Positions 17,110 through 28,600 of a stretch of 61,276 nucleotides of DNA are shown one piece after another. The notes beneath the pieces are model-generated. The model did no database searches and was not told where the DNA came from. It was given only the letters and a program-made list of their open reading frames with translations. The stretch lies in NCBI GenBank assembly GCA_026388075.1, contig JAPLKN010000145.1, positions 1 through 61,276 of the forward strand. Direction: 5' to 3'. The first letter of the stretch is position 1, and each line of letters opens with the position of its first letter. The stretch comes from Elusimicrobiota bacterium (GTDB taxonomy: Bacteria; Elusimicrobiota; Endomicrobiia; Endomicrobiales; JAPLKN01). The position numbers were made by a program, and so were the translations under genes.

Positions 17110-17769
17110 ATGGCTGAAATTGAAGTAGAAGGAAAAACGGTTGAAGAAGCAATTCAAGAAGGGCTTAAAAAGCTCGGCTGTAACAGAGAAGACGTTGAAA
17201 TTAAAATCTTGAATGAAGGTTCTAACGGGCTTTTCGGCCTTATGGGAAATAAACCGGCTGTTGTACAGCTTAAATCAAAGCTGGAAACGGATCTGGTTGA
17301 TTATGATTTGGCGCAGAAAAAAACAAAGGAAATTCTTTCAGAGCTTTTAAATCTTATGAAAATAAATTATAAGCAGATTAACACTGCTCTGATGACCGGA
17401 AGAGTGCTTGCAGATATTAAAAGCGACGAAAGCGGAATAATTATCGGGCGAGGCGGGCAGACCCTTGATGCAATAGAGCTGGTATTAAATTTAATTTTAA
17501 ACAAAGACAAAAATACCCGCACTAAAGTTTCGGTTGATACCGATAAATTTCATCTTAAACACGAGGAGCAAATCCAGAAATTGGCAAAGGATGCTGCGGA
17601 TCAGGTAAGAAAAACCGGTTCAATTTATCATTTCGGCCCAATGCCTTCAAAAGACAGAAAAACTATACACGAATTCTTAAAATCAGACAATGATGTAGAA
17701 ACTTATTCGGAAGGCGAAGGCCTTTTAAGAAAACTTTGCATCAAACTGAAAGACAACAGCAACCAGTAA
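17110..17769 (+). CDS. jag: RNA-binding protein Jag/KhpB (Jag_N + KH + R3H)
   Basis: N-terminus MAEIEVEGKTVEEAIQEGLKKLGCNREDVEIKILNEGSNGLFG, KH-like IIGRGGQTLDAIE and an R3H-like C-terminus (PMPSKDRKTIHEFL). GGAGG lies 8 nt upstream. It occupies the conserved position after yidC. Confidence 0.85.
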   Translation: MAEIEVEGKTVEEAIQEGLKKLGCNREDVEIKILNEGSNGLFGLMGNKPAVVQLKSKLETDLVDYDLAQKKTKEILSELLNLMKINYKQINTALMTGRVLADIKSDESGIIIGRGGQTLDAIELVLNLILNKDKNTRTKVSVDTDKFHLKHEEQIQKLAKDAADQVRKTGSIYHFGPMPSKDRKTIHEFLKSDNDVETYSEGEGLLRKLCIKLKDNSNQ

Positions 17770-17862
17770 CCCGCAACCAGTTACCGGTAAAAACAAAATC
17801 AAAAATATTTAATCGCCTTTGCTGGTCGCCGGTCACAGGTGGCTGGTAACGGCTTTTTAAAA

Positions 17863-19281
17863 ATGAAAAGATTTATAATTTTATTATTTATAAATATTTT
17901 TTTTGCCGGCACATTATTTTGCGTTAAAATACCTGACGGAAATATAACGGTTGCCATATCTACCGAAGCGGCAACCCAGCCGCTTACAAAGGAAGAACAG
18001 GAAGAAGAACAAATAACCACGGACACCGAAGGGGAAAACGCTGCAGTTGAGTTTGGCGAGAAAAAACCCGAAGTCCCGTGGCCTTCCGAAAAAATGCTGA
18101 TAAATGCCGAGAAACTTTTCAGGAAGGCTGTTATGGCCTATTCTGACGGCAATAAACAAAAGGCCGGCAAGCTTTTTACTGAAAGCTTGTCTCAAATTCA
18201 GTCCGCTGTTATGCCCGCCGAAGCGCATTATTATCTAAAAGACCAGTATGAAAACTTGTTTCTTAAAATACATGATCTTACATATCAGGACGAGTCCACA
18301 TTAACGGCAAAAGCCTATAAAATACCGATGGATGCGGAAAATCCTGTTGTAAAAAAATATCTTGATCAGTACAAGCAGGGAACGTCCAAAGAAAGGATAA
18401 AAAGGGCATTAGAAAGATCAGGAAAATATCAAGATATGATTTTCCCTTCGTTAAGAAAATACAATTTGCCGAAAGAATTAATTTATCTTCCCGTGGTTGA
18501 AAGTTTATACGACGTGAACGACCTTTCACGCGCCGGCGCGCTCGGAATATGGCAGTTTATGCCTCAAACTGCGCGCGGTTTCGGCCTGAAAGTTAACTAT
18601 TGGATTGACGAAAGAAAAGATACTGAAAAATCAACAATTGCGGCGGCGAGGTATTTGCGCGATTTATATATTCTTTTTGACGACTGGCACCTGGCTTTAG
18701 CGGCGTATAACAGGGGAGAATTCGGCCTTGGGCGGGATATGCATTTTTCCCAGGCAGTTAATATTGAACAGTTCAAGGATAGAAAGGCGGTTCCTAAAGA
18801 AACCGAAAATTATGTTCCTCAGTTTATAGCGGTGACTCTGATCGGGGATAATCCAAAGCAGTACGGGTATAATCTTAAATTTGACAAACCTATTGAGTAT
18901 GATGAAACCATAATAAACAATGTGATTGATTTAAAAATTGTAGCTGAATGCGCGAAAACGACAGTGGAAGAGATTCGTGAGCTTAACCCTTCCATAATGG
19001 CATGGTGCACCCCGCCGAACTATCCTGAGTTTAAACTGAAACTGCCGAAAGGTTCTAAAGAAACATTTCTTGCCAGTATTGCTACGGTAAAAGACTTAAA
19101 TCCAACGCGCGGATTTTTGAAATACAAAGTTAAAAAAGGCGACTGGATAGAAAAAATAGCAAAAAAATTCAACACTACAGTCAAGGCAATTAAAGAAGAC
19201 AACAAGCAGCTCCGCGGTAAAAAATACCTCAGAATAGGGCAGTCCTTAATAATCCGCCCCGGTAAGAAATACTTCAATTAA
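17863..19281 (+). CDS. MltD-like membrane-bound lytic murein transglycosylase with a C-terminal LysM domain
   Basis: SLT core: LIYLPVVESLYDVNDLSRAGALGIWQFMPQTARGFGL...AAARYLRDLY...ALAAYNRG. LysM: YKVKKGDWIEKIAKKFNTTVKAIKEDNK...IGQSLII. Signal peptide MKRFIILLFINIFFAGTLFC follows ATG 17863. The ORF-track start at 17839 is an upstream GTG. Confidence 0.85.
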   Translation: MKRFIILLFINIFFAGTLFCVKIPDGNITVAISTEAATQPLTKEEQEEEQITTDTEGENAAVEFGEKKPEVPWPSEKMLINAEKLFRKAVMAYSDGNKQKAGKLFTESLSQIQSAVMPAEAHYYLKDQYENLFLKIHDLTYQDESTLTAKAYKIPMDAENPVVKKYLDQYKQGTSKERIKRALERSGKYQDMIFPSLRKYNLPKELIYLPVVESLYDVNDLSRAGALGIWQFMPQTARGFGLKVNYWIDERKDTEKSTIAAARYLRDLYILFDDWHLALAAYNRGEFGLGRDMHFSQAVNIEQFKDRKAVPKETENYVPQFIAVTLIGDNPKQYGYNLKFDKPIEYDETIINNVIDLKIVAECAKTTVEEIRELNPSIMAWCTPPNYPEFKLKLPKGSKETFLASIATVKDLNPTRGFLKYKVKKGDWIEKIAKKFNTTVKAIKEDNKQLRGKKYLRIGQSLIIRPGKKYFN

Positions 19282-19609
19282 TACTGCAGCACAAAAAACA
19301 GTAGATAGTCCTCGGACCCATAGGGTCCTATGGACCCGAGGGTAGGTAGTAGGTAGGAAAAGCCACAAAAAAATCTTTATTCATCCAAAAACTACAGAAA
19401 ATCCTCCTCAGAATACTTTCTAAACATAAAATCCTTCATTATTCAATGCATTTTGCCAATTCCAGATTTTTCATATTTTTTTCACCCCTGCCATAATTTT
19501 TTTACAAATTTATTGTAATATTAAGCACTTTATTAGAAATTTGTTGTAAACAATAAACTATGTCCCGCATAAACATTAAAAAATCAACCATTTTCCAAAC
19601 GGTGACTGG

Positions 19610-22600
19610 ATGAAAAGAAATCTTATTTTCATCCTAGTTTTTATTTTTCTGCTGAATAATTTTTCAGCGATAGATATTTTATTTTTTAATAATAGCACAA
19701 TAGTAACTAATATAATAAAGGCGCAGTCCCCGATATTGAGCGTGTTTTCAATGTCTGTCCTGCCGATGAAAGTGTTTGAAGCACTTGCCGATAAACTTAA
19801 TATTTCAAAGAAGCAAGGAAATAACCAGCCTGAAAATCAAACAGAGGAAAAGAGAAACTCCTCTTCGGACTATGCAATAATTTCTTCCGAAAAAGTATTT
19901 ATTAAAGTCCTCAAAACAAAAATTCCCGACAATTTAAGTGTCATTTTTAACGGTTTAAACGAGATGTACCGCGCTTTTACGATTTGTGCAAGAGGAAGCC
20001 CCCCGGGAAAGCAGGTTAATTTTTTTATTTTACTTTTATTGCTGTATTTAATCTTGCTATCCAGAAGTAATCTTCCAAATAGCAGTGTAAGGATGATTTT
20101 TGTCAAAAATATGTCCCGGCTTTTGAAAAAAAGCCGGGTTTTTTATTTATGGGCGGGCAGTATTTTGAAATTTAATTTTAAAAAGGCCGTTGCTGTATTC
20201 ACGGCGGCATGTTTTATGTTTTCTGTTGTTGGAGCTGATGTTTTGCGCGCGTCAACTGTTATAAGCGAAAGAAAAAAAGAAATATATGAAATAGAAAATT
20301 CCTTGGATAGCACAATAATTCCTGCATCTTTGGGAAGAGTAACTTCAGAAAAATGTTTTGAAAGCGATAGAGTGGTAATCAATATCCAGGATTTGCACTG
20401 CAACAGCGAAGTTCAAAGAAATATCAGCGGGATACTTAAGAATCTTGACGATAAATACGGCCTTCATAGAATCTTTGTTGAAGGAGCATCCGGGGAAGTG
20501 GATACATCATGGCTTTGCGGGCTTACGGACGCAAATTTCAAAAACAAAGCCATTGAAATATTGGTTAATCAGGGGAAATTGACCGGATCCGAATACTATT
20601 CGGTAATCAGCAATAAACCCAAGCTTCTTTATGGGCTTGAAAAAGAAGGCCCTTATAACGAAAATTTGAAAAGACTGAATAAAATAATTGATTGCCAGCC
20701 GATGTATGAAAAAATAATTAAAGAAATTCAGAAAGATTTGGATGAAATGAAGACAAATTATCTAAATCCCCAGCAGAAACGTCTTGAAAACATAGTGTCC
20801 AAATATCGGCAGGGAAAAATAGATTCCGGGAAATTTTACAAGTTAATTAATAAATATATTGATAAACTAAACAAAAACAAAGAAACATATGATATCGGCT
20901 CTATCAGTTTAAGTCAATATGAAAATATTAAGCTTTATCTGGATGCTTTAGAAATTGAGCGCGGCATAAATTACGGTGCCGTGTCTCAGGAACTACAGAA
21001 GTTTGTCCAAAATATAAAGCAAAAACTATCGTATTCAACTTACCGTGAAATTGCTGAAAAAACAAACAATTTTACAAAACTGGATGAAACATATACCTGC
21101 CTTTCTTACCTGTCCGAAAACAAAACATTTTCTGTAGAAAATGGGTCCCACAATCTCAGAGAATTTTTCAAGTATCTTAAAACAAGCAAAAAAATAAATC
21201 CTATAAGATTAATTAGAGAAGAAAACAATCTTATTTCCGAGATAAGAACCGGTTTTTCACAAAATATTACGGAGTATGAAATATCATTCCTTGCCGGAAC
21301 ATTTTGTTCGTTTGAAGACTATTTAAGAAATAAACTATCGTACGAAGAATATAAAAAATTCAAGGCAAATTTTGAAGAATTCAGGCTTCTTTGGCAAAAA
21401 TATACGGGTGGAAATCAGCTAAAAGAATTGGAAAAAGACTTTGAATTATTAAATGCTTTTTATAATCTTAACGCAGAAAGGAATGAATATTTTATTGAAG
21501 CCATATTCAAAAAGAAGGTTAAAGTTGAGGTTAAGGTTAAGGAACAGCAAGACAACAAAAATGGAATAATTCAGGAGACACTTCCTAGTCGACCTTTGGG
21601 CTCTTCGCAGAAAGAATCAGATTCAAAAAAAGTCAGCTCGCAACTCAAAAAAGCAAAAGAAATAACAGTCGTTATTACGGGAGGTTTTCATAGCGAAGGG
21701 CTTGAAGAATTATTGTCAGATAATAAAATATCGCACATTACAATCACTCCTTGCGTTATAAAAGAAATAAAAACTTGCGAAAAGATTTACAAAGAGATTG
21801 CCAAAGAGCAGTTTAAAAATATTTCTGCCCAAGCTATAGCATTGAAGCTTCTGTCCCAAATGTCTCCTGAAACTAAATTTTCCGAATTAGTAAATGTAAA
21901 AATAATAAAAGCTATTGAAGAGGGTCAAAAAGCATTTGAAAAGTTGATGAAAGGGAACGAAAACAATATTGAAATGATTCTTGAAAATATGCAGGTAATA
22001 TGGAACGCAAACAAAACTATTGCGGATAAAGAAGGTAAAATCAAAAGCGTTAAAAACCTAGGGATAAAGGACAGTGGATACCATTTTGCAATAGATTTCG
22101 GCACGGGAGAAACAGAATTTGCATATGTTCCGGGAGCTGTAAATCCTGTTCAATTGGTAATTGAATCAGCACAATTATCAAATAAAGCGGTTTCCGGAAA
22201 AGCAGATATACAGAAAATTTTGGAGCAAATGAAAGCAGGGCTTCAGGACAGAGAAATAAAATCTAAAAATGGAAAAATATTTAGACTAAAAATAAATGGA
22301 GATGATAAAATCGCGATTTTTATCTCGCTAATTGATGATAAAGGTCAGGAATCTTCCATAGTGTCACACGTAAGCTATACAGAAGATAATGAAATGAATA
22401 TAAGCCTAGTTTTGGATGAAGTTGTCTTTGACCATGAAGCGAACGATTTAACTGGACAGTGGCTTGGAGGCCAAATTTTAGAATTCTGCAGTAATTATGT
22501 TCCGGCCGGCACCAAATTCAGTTTGGAAGTTGTAAATACCGAAACCATTCAAAAACTCATTAGAGGATATAAAACAAAAAGCTTTGCAGATATAGCAGAA

Positions 22601-25600
22601 ATGACAAGCTTTTTCAAAGAACAAACGCCGATAGGAAAATTAATTTCGGGCAAATCCGGCCTCGGCGGCTTTGAGTTTGAGCAGAACTTCAAAATAATTA
22701 AAGATAAAAGCGAAATAAGCTCTTTTATTGATATGTTGGAAAAAGGATTACAAAAAAAAGAGGGATTTATTCTGCACGCCATAAAATTAGCTAGTGAAAA
22801 CGAAGTTAGCGATAAAGAAGAAAAAATTGCGCAGTTCAGAGTAGCACTGCGACAGAGATTTTTTAGTATGGTTTGGATAAAGGACAGAGATGCGAGTGGA
22901 AAAAAACTCAGTTATTACGAAAAAGAAAAAATGTTAAAGGATTTTGAAGACGGATTGACAGAGAAATATAAAAATATTGTTAATAATCCTTCATCTTATG
23001 ATAAGTGTTTTCAAGAAATGGTTGGAATCATAACGGCCTTTTATAAACTTCATTCAAGAGGATTCTTTTATCTTGATATTGATAAGCCGAAAGATATTGC
23101 AGATTTCCTTGAAAATAGAATTATCAAAGCAGAACCCCTATTTTCGATAAGTAGAATAAATAAAAGTGCAATGCAATTTAATGGGCTTGCGGGTTCCGGC
23201 GCCACAGCCGCGGTTTTAAAAATAATCTTAAAAGGGCATGAAGGACAAAAGCTGGTTGTGAAAACCATGTTCAATTATAAAGATGATAAAAATCAAAAAT
23301 ATTTCAAACGAGAAAGAAAAATATTGAAAAAGTTTCAAAATTTTCAGTGGGCAGTAAGATTGTATGACGATTTAACCGAAGAATTCTGCGTAGAAGGAGG
23401 GATTCTAAAAGGAATTGTAATGGAAGATATATCAGAAGGAATAGATCCGGAGCAATTCCCGGCAGGCGATTTTACAAATGAATATTTCAAGGAATTAATA
23501 GACGCATTATTGGCCATAATAAATTCCGGGCATAAGATTACGGAAGATTTTCAAAACGTTATATTAAACGGACATCCGAAAATCTATGATTTCGGCGCTT
23601 ATGGTGAAATCAGAAGCGAAAATCAAAGAAACGAAAATATTGAAGAGGCAAACAAGATAGTTCGTTTCCTAACTCGGAAAAATATTACAGAATATCTGCA
23701 ATCAACCCGAAATATTACCCTGACTAAAGAAGAGATTTCAATAATTGAAGAATTATTTATCAATGAGCCTCAAAAAATCACAATCAAAGAATTCTGTGAC
23801 AGATACATTTCTCAAAAAGAAGCAATGCAAAAAAAGCCCCAAGCTTTGGGTGAAAACATTTCCTCGGACGATCAGGAAACTTCAGGCAAAAAGGGTGGTG
23901 AAATTAGGCCCAAGGATCTGAAACGTGCGGTCGCTGTTACGTATGGTATAGGTGCCGGTATAGGGATTGCAAATCTTCTTATTCAACTGGCTTTGGGTCA
24001 AGTGTTCGGAGTCGCCGGGCCAAAATATTTAGTTCCTTTTGATGGTATTGATGAAGAGGATGTTAGGCCTTCAGTTCCGAAATTTAATTACTATACTCCT
24101 CAAGAGTTTATGGGGGTGCGTAGAAGATACCCCGGCGGCCGATGGGAAATAAGGATTAATCCGGCAGTGTATAAAGTGCTGATATCGCTCCCTGTATTCA
24201 TGCAAAGGGTCGTGCTTTCATATACGGGTATTGTGGGCCATGAGGCGTATCATTTAAACTTCAAAAATAGTGAAAAGATCAAGTACAATAGACATCAAGA
24301 AATACGTGCTTACGGTTTGGCTCAAGTTTTGCCTGCAAGTTCCGGAGTTGTAGTAAGTCTATTTTTGATTTATTGCTGCGGTATGGGGATCATAGGTTCG
24401 ATTATTGCAGGTGTTTTAACATCCTTTATTGTTGTAAATTTGATCAGCGAAATATACGGCAATCATGTGATTAAAAGGGAACAATTTGAAAGATTGTTTA
24501 CGCTCCCCGGCAATACAGGATTTGTTCTGCAAAATCAATGGAATGATGCAGCCGAGGCAGATGAGAAAAGGAAGGAACTTAAGGATCTGTTCGGCAAAAA
24601 TAGTAAGAAAATAGAAAAATACCTTTTTGAACGTCCAACCCCCGAAAATGCAGTTTCACATGTTCAGAAAGAATATCAGGCTATGTTTGCCCTAATTTTC
24701 GAACTTTTGCCGAAAAACTGTGCTTTTTATACGTATGATGATTTTGAAGACAATTCGTTCGGTTCAATTTCATCTTCCGATAATAGCATTTTCCTTCACA
24801 GGTCTATATCCGCTAACCAGGCGGCTCTCTGGAAGTATATGCTTGAATTTCTTGCAGAAAAAAATCTTTTGAAAATTACTCTTAAAAATCAGGTTCTCAT
24901 TATTGAAAGCAACGGGAAAACTATCGGAGAAATTAAGATATCTGATGAAGCGATCACATATACTAAGCATCAGGATTTTGCTGACTCAAAAGAAGATAGT
25001 TTGCCGTATCTTATCCATTTAATGTGTAGAGAGGTATTTGGTAAATACAGCGAAGATTTGAACTTATTTGAAAGTAAATATAAAGAAACACTTGAAAATT
25101 GTTCGCTTAATGAAGACCTGATATTGAATCCGTCGTTATCGCCGTATCCCGAGCTCTACAAGGAAACTAAGGAGATTTTTGAGGATCTGTGCTCAGCGGC
25201 AGGAATTGAGGGAGCAACCTTGTGGCTTCTGGATAACGAAGATATATCGGTGTTTGCCGTTCCGGGAATGAGAATTGCGGCCATTTCAGTAGGGACATTC
25301 AAGAAAATAAAACATCTGACAAAAGACGCCATCGCTTTCGCTCTCGCGCACGAAATACGCCATATTTCTCAAAAAGAACTTCTAAATATATCTCAGACAA
25401 AACATCGGATATCCCGGAAGGCCGCAAAAGAGACAGACGCGGATTATTTTGCGCTTTGCCTTATGAACAAGGCAAAATATAACGTGCTGGAAGCGACAAA
25501 ATTATTTGAAAGTTTAAAGGATGAAGAAGAATTAGATGATACTCTGAAGATGATATTAGAACTTCGGGATGAACATGGCAGTGTTGAAAAAAGAATCAAG

Positions 25601-28600
25601 CATCTAAGGGATTTGATTAACGATACTAATTGGGGAAACACGTCAGAAATAAAATATTTTTCCAAAAGCGCCGCTGACTCACTGGATGAGAAAACACGAC
25701 TCAATAAAATCATTAAGCTTGTTTCTGGAGTTCGCACGTTTAAGGAACTGAGCGACATACTTCTTCTCATTTCTACCGATTCAGGTCTTCAGGAATATGT
25801 GAATACTATTTTAGCGAGCGGGATTATGAATGTTTTCAAATCATTTGAACAAGATTTGCACTTAGAAAAGAGAATATCTGAGCATGACTTCAAGTTCAAA
25901 TTTACATTAACGGATGGGTTTACCCTCTTGTTGATTCTGTTTGGTGATATGAAGTGGCAAAGCATTTTTAAAAACAATAAATATTACGCATTGCTAAAAA
26001 CAATATTTGCTTCAAAAGGTTTCACGCGTATAAATATAGACTTTCAGACATTCATGAGTGAATATGAGCATACGTACGGCAAAATAATTTCGGATATCAC
26101 GATCAATATATTACTGAACAATATATGTCAGACCTGGCTTTATATTTTTGGAGAAAACAAACAAGCAATGGAAATGGCAAGGAAATATATTAAAAAGAGA
26201 ATCGCCAGATCTATGAGCCGGATAGAGGTGCAGCCGAAACAGCTTATAAAGTTCCCGCTGGCTAGTACCGCGGGAGCCATTTCACCGACAATTTTCCATA
26301 GTGATGACGCATACAAATGGTACCTTGATATGTGCATGGAAGAAATGCTGAAGAACAAACATTGGAACATCGCATATGTTACCGAGCTCATAAAACAATT
26401 GGACAATTTGAGCGAAACGGTCAAAGACGATTATTACACATTATATGGAAGTTTGCTGAAATTTTACGATAGAATAGTAAAAGTGCTGATAGAAAGCGGC
26501 GCATACAGCGATGAAGAACTCGCAAAACTGCTTTTTGATCATAGCTATCTCCTATACGCAGGTCACGAGTCCAATCCCTATGTAAATAGCAGAGCCTTCA
26601 AAGTCATATTCGATTTATACGGAAAGAATGGGCGGTATAAAGAACGCACTGAAGAGCTGTTGAAAAACATTTGGGATAAGTATTGCAGTTTCAGTATTTT
26701 ATGGATCATGGCAGAAAAGTATTACGAAGAGTTCAAAAAAGGCAATTATGATTATCTGCATTTCCTTAAATTGGATGGCAATGAGCTCCTATACATTTAT
26801 AAAACACTCGCAAAAAAACATAGAACGCGTCAGGAAAGGTACGAGATACTCGTTATATTAACTGATTATGCACAGAAGAAGAACATTGAGTTTATATATG
26901 ATTCATACATGACCATGCGCGAGTTTAGAAATGCCCTTCCGGAAACAGATGGGGAGCTTATGGCGTGTATAGAAGAATTAATTGCGCGGGCAAAGAATAC
27001 GTATCCCGGCATAGAAAAGGCTTTATCTTCTGTAGATCAGATCGGGAAGAAAGCGAAAGAAATTCTGATATGGATGCTGATGTTTGGATGCTATGATTTT
27101 ACTAGACTGAACCTGTCCATTGAAGAAAAAGAGGTTTTGCTGGAAGTTTTAAGAACCATCTATGACAAGAAAACAGAAAGCAAAAACGGCTCTGCTGACC
27201 TGGAAGTTCCAGAAAAAAAGCTCCAGGAGCTGATTCTTGGTGAGAAGGACGGCTATTACCGTGAGTCAAACGAGCAGCGATTGCTCAGAGAACAGACCGA
27301 TGTCGGGCTTGACCTGTTTCTGCGGAAAATAGGATATTCCGATAACGACCAGGTGCTTACAAACAAGGTGCAATTTCTAAAAACCGTGGCAGATATAAGA
27401 ATGGGGGTATCCCGTTCTGCAAAGTTCAAAGGAAAAGTGAGCAATGAAAATAATTCAACTGGGGGGAGTGTAGCCGACTATAAAATTACAGAAGCATATG
27501 AAAATTATTTCAGGAAGTTGTTTGATTTGCCGTTTTACATAGAGCGTCCGGATGCATCACAAAATCGGAAACAATATTTCAAGGATGATGTGTTCGATTT
27601 CATATTCAAAACAGAAATGAGTTTTGAGGACTGTCTGGGCTATGTTAAAAGGTATCTTCCTCCGAGCGTAATCAGAAATCTTGTGCTCCTTGCACTGCTG
27701 CTTAAAGAGGCTGAGAAAATCTACCCGGATGAAAACGTATTTAATAATTTCTTAACCAGTACGCGAGTGCTTAATGATAAGGCAATAAAAGAAAAAGTGG
27801 GCATGGTGCTTCCGTTATTGGTGCCTGACAGCACATTGCTTGCAAATAATACGGTATTAATAGAACATCTTGTTGAGAAAGAGCGGCGAGGGAAGAAAAG
27901 TGGATTGGGCGGAGCAGACTCGTTTTCTGAGGAAATTAAAAATAAACGGGAAAGGGGGACTGCATCTGTCGCGGGTGTTCGAGAACGATGCAAAGTGTTC
28001 ATTAAGACAATTTTTATAATTCTTACGAATTTCGTAAGGTATGTTATTTTGAAAGTTGACAGAAAATTATTTCCAAAGAGGTACTTAAAACAAGTTAGAA
28101 ATATATTTGATCAGAGGAATGTCAGCGCAAAGTTTTTGGGGGAGAAGCGGCAGAATATCATTGCCAATGAAATAACTCCTTCGCTTTTTAAAGAAGAATT
28201 ACTGCAAAAAAGAGGGTTGGACAAATTCATTATAAAAGCTTTTGCTGAAGAGCATAACATATCTCCGGACGGCATAGCAAACCTTTCACCAAAAATGCTC
28301 GCACAGTTTATCAACACGTATATAGTAGAAGAAAATCTTGCCACCAAAGAAATAATTGATCTTTCCGATATAAAGAACAGGAGCGAGCGAAATAGAGCCC
28401 AAGAGCTGTTGGATAAAATAAAAGTGAAAGTAGAAAAACCTGTTTCCTCAAATACACAGAATCCGCGACGATATATTGACAACATTGATCAGAAGATCAA
28501 ATATGATCAATATATAGAACAGGTGAGAGAATTCAACGTTATTGTCCTAAAATCAATGTATCCTAAATCTATTCATATTTCATATCAAAAAGATGTGGTG

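Noticed and set aside
17839-17862. GTG 17839 as the start of the transglycosylase gene
   Set aside because: ATG 17863 gives a classical signal peptide (MKRFIILLFINIFFAGTLFC) directly at the N-terminus. The 8 extra residues from GTG add nothing and have no SD.
19310-19342. Hairpin cctcgg..ccatagg/cctatgg..ccgagg after the transglycosylase gene as a rho-independent terminator
   Set aside because: The stem is interrupted and is followed by GTAGGTAGTAGG rather than a U-tract, so it cannot be called a terminator with confidence.
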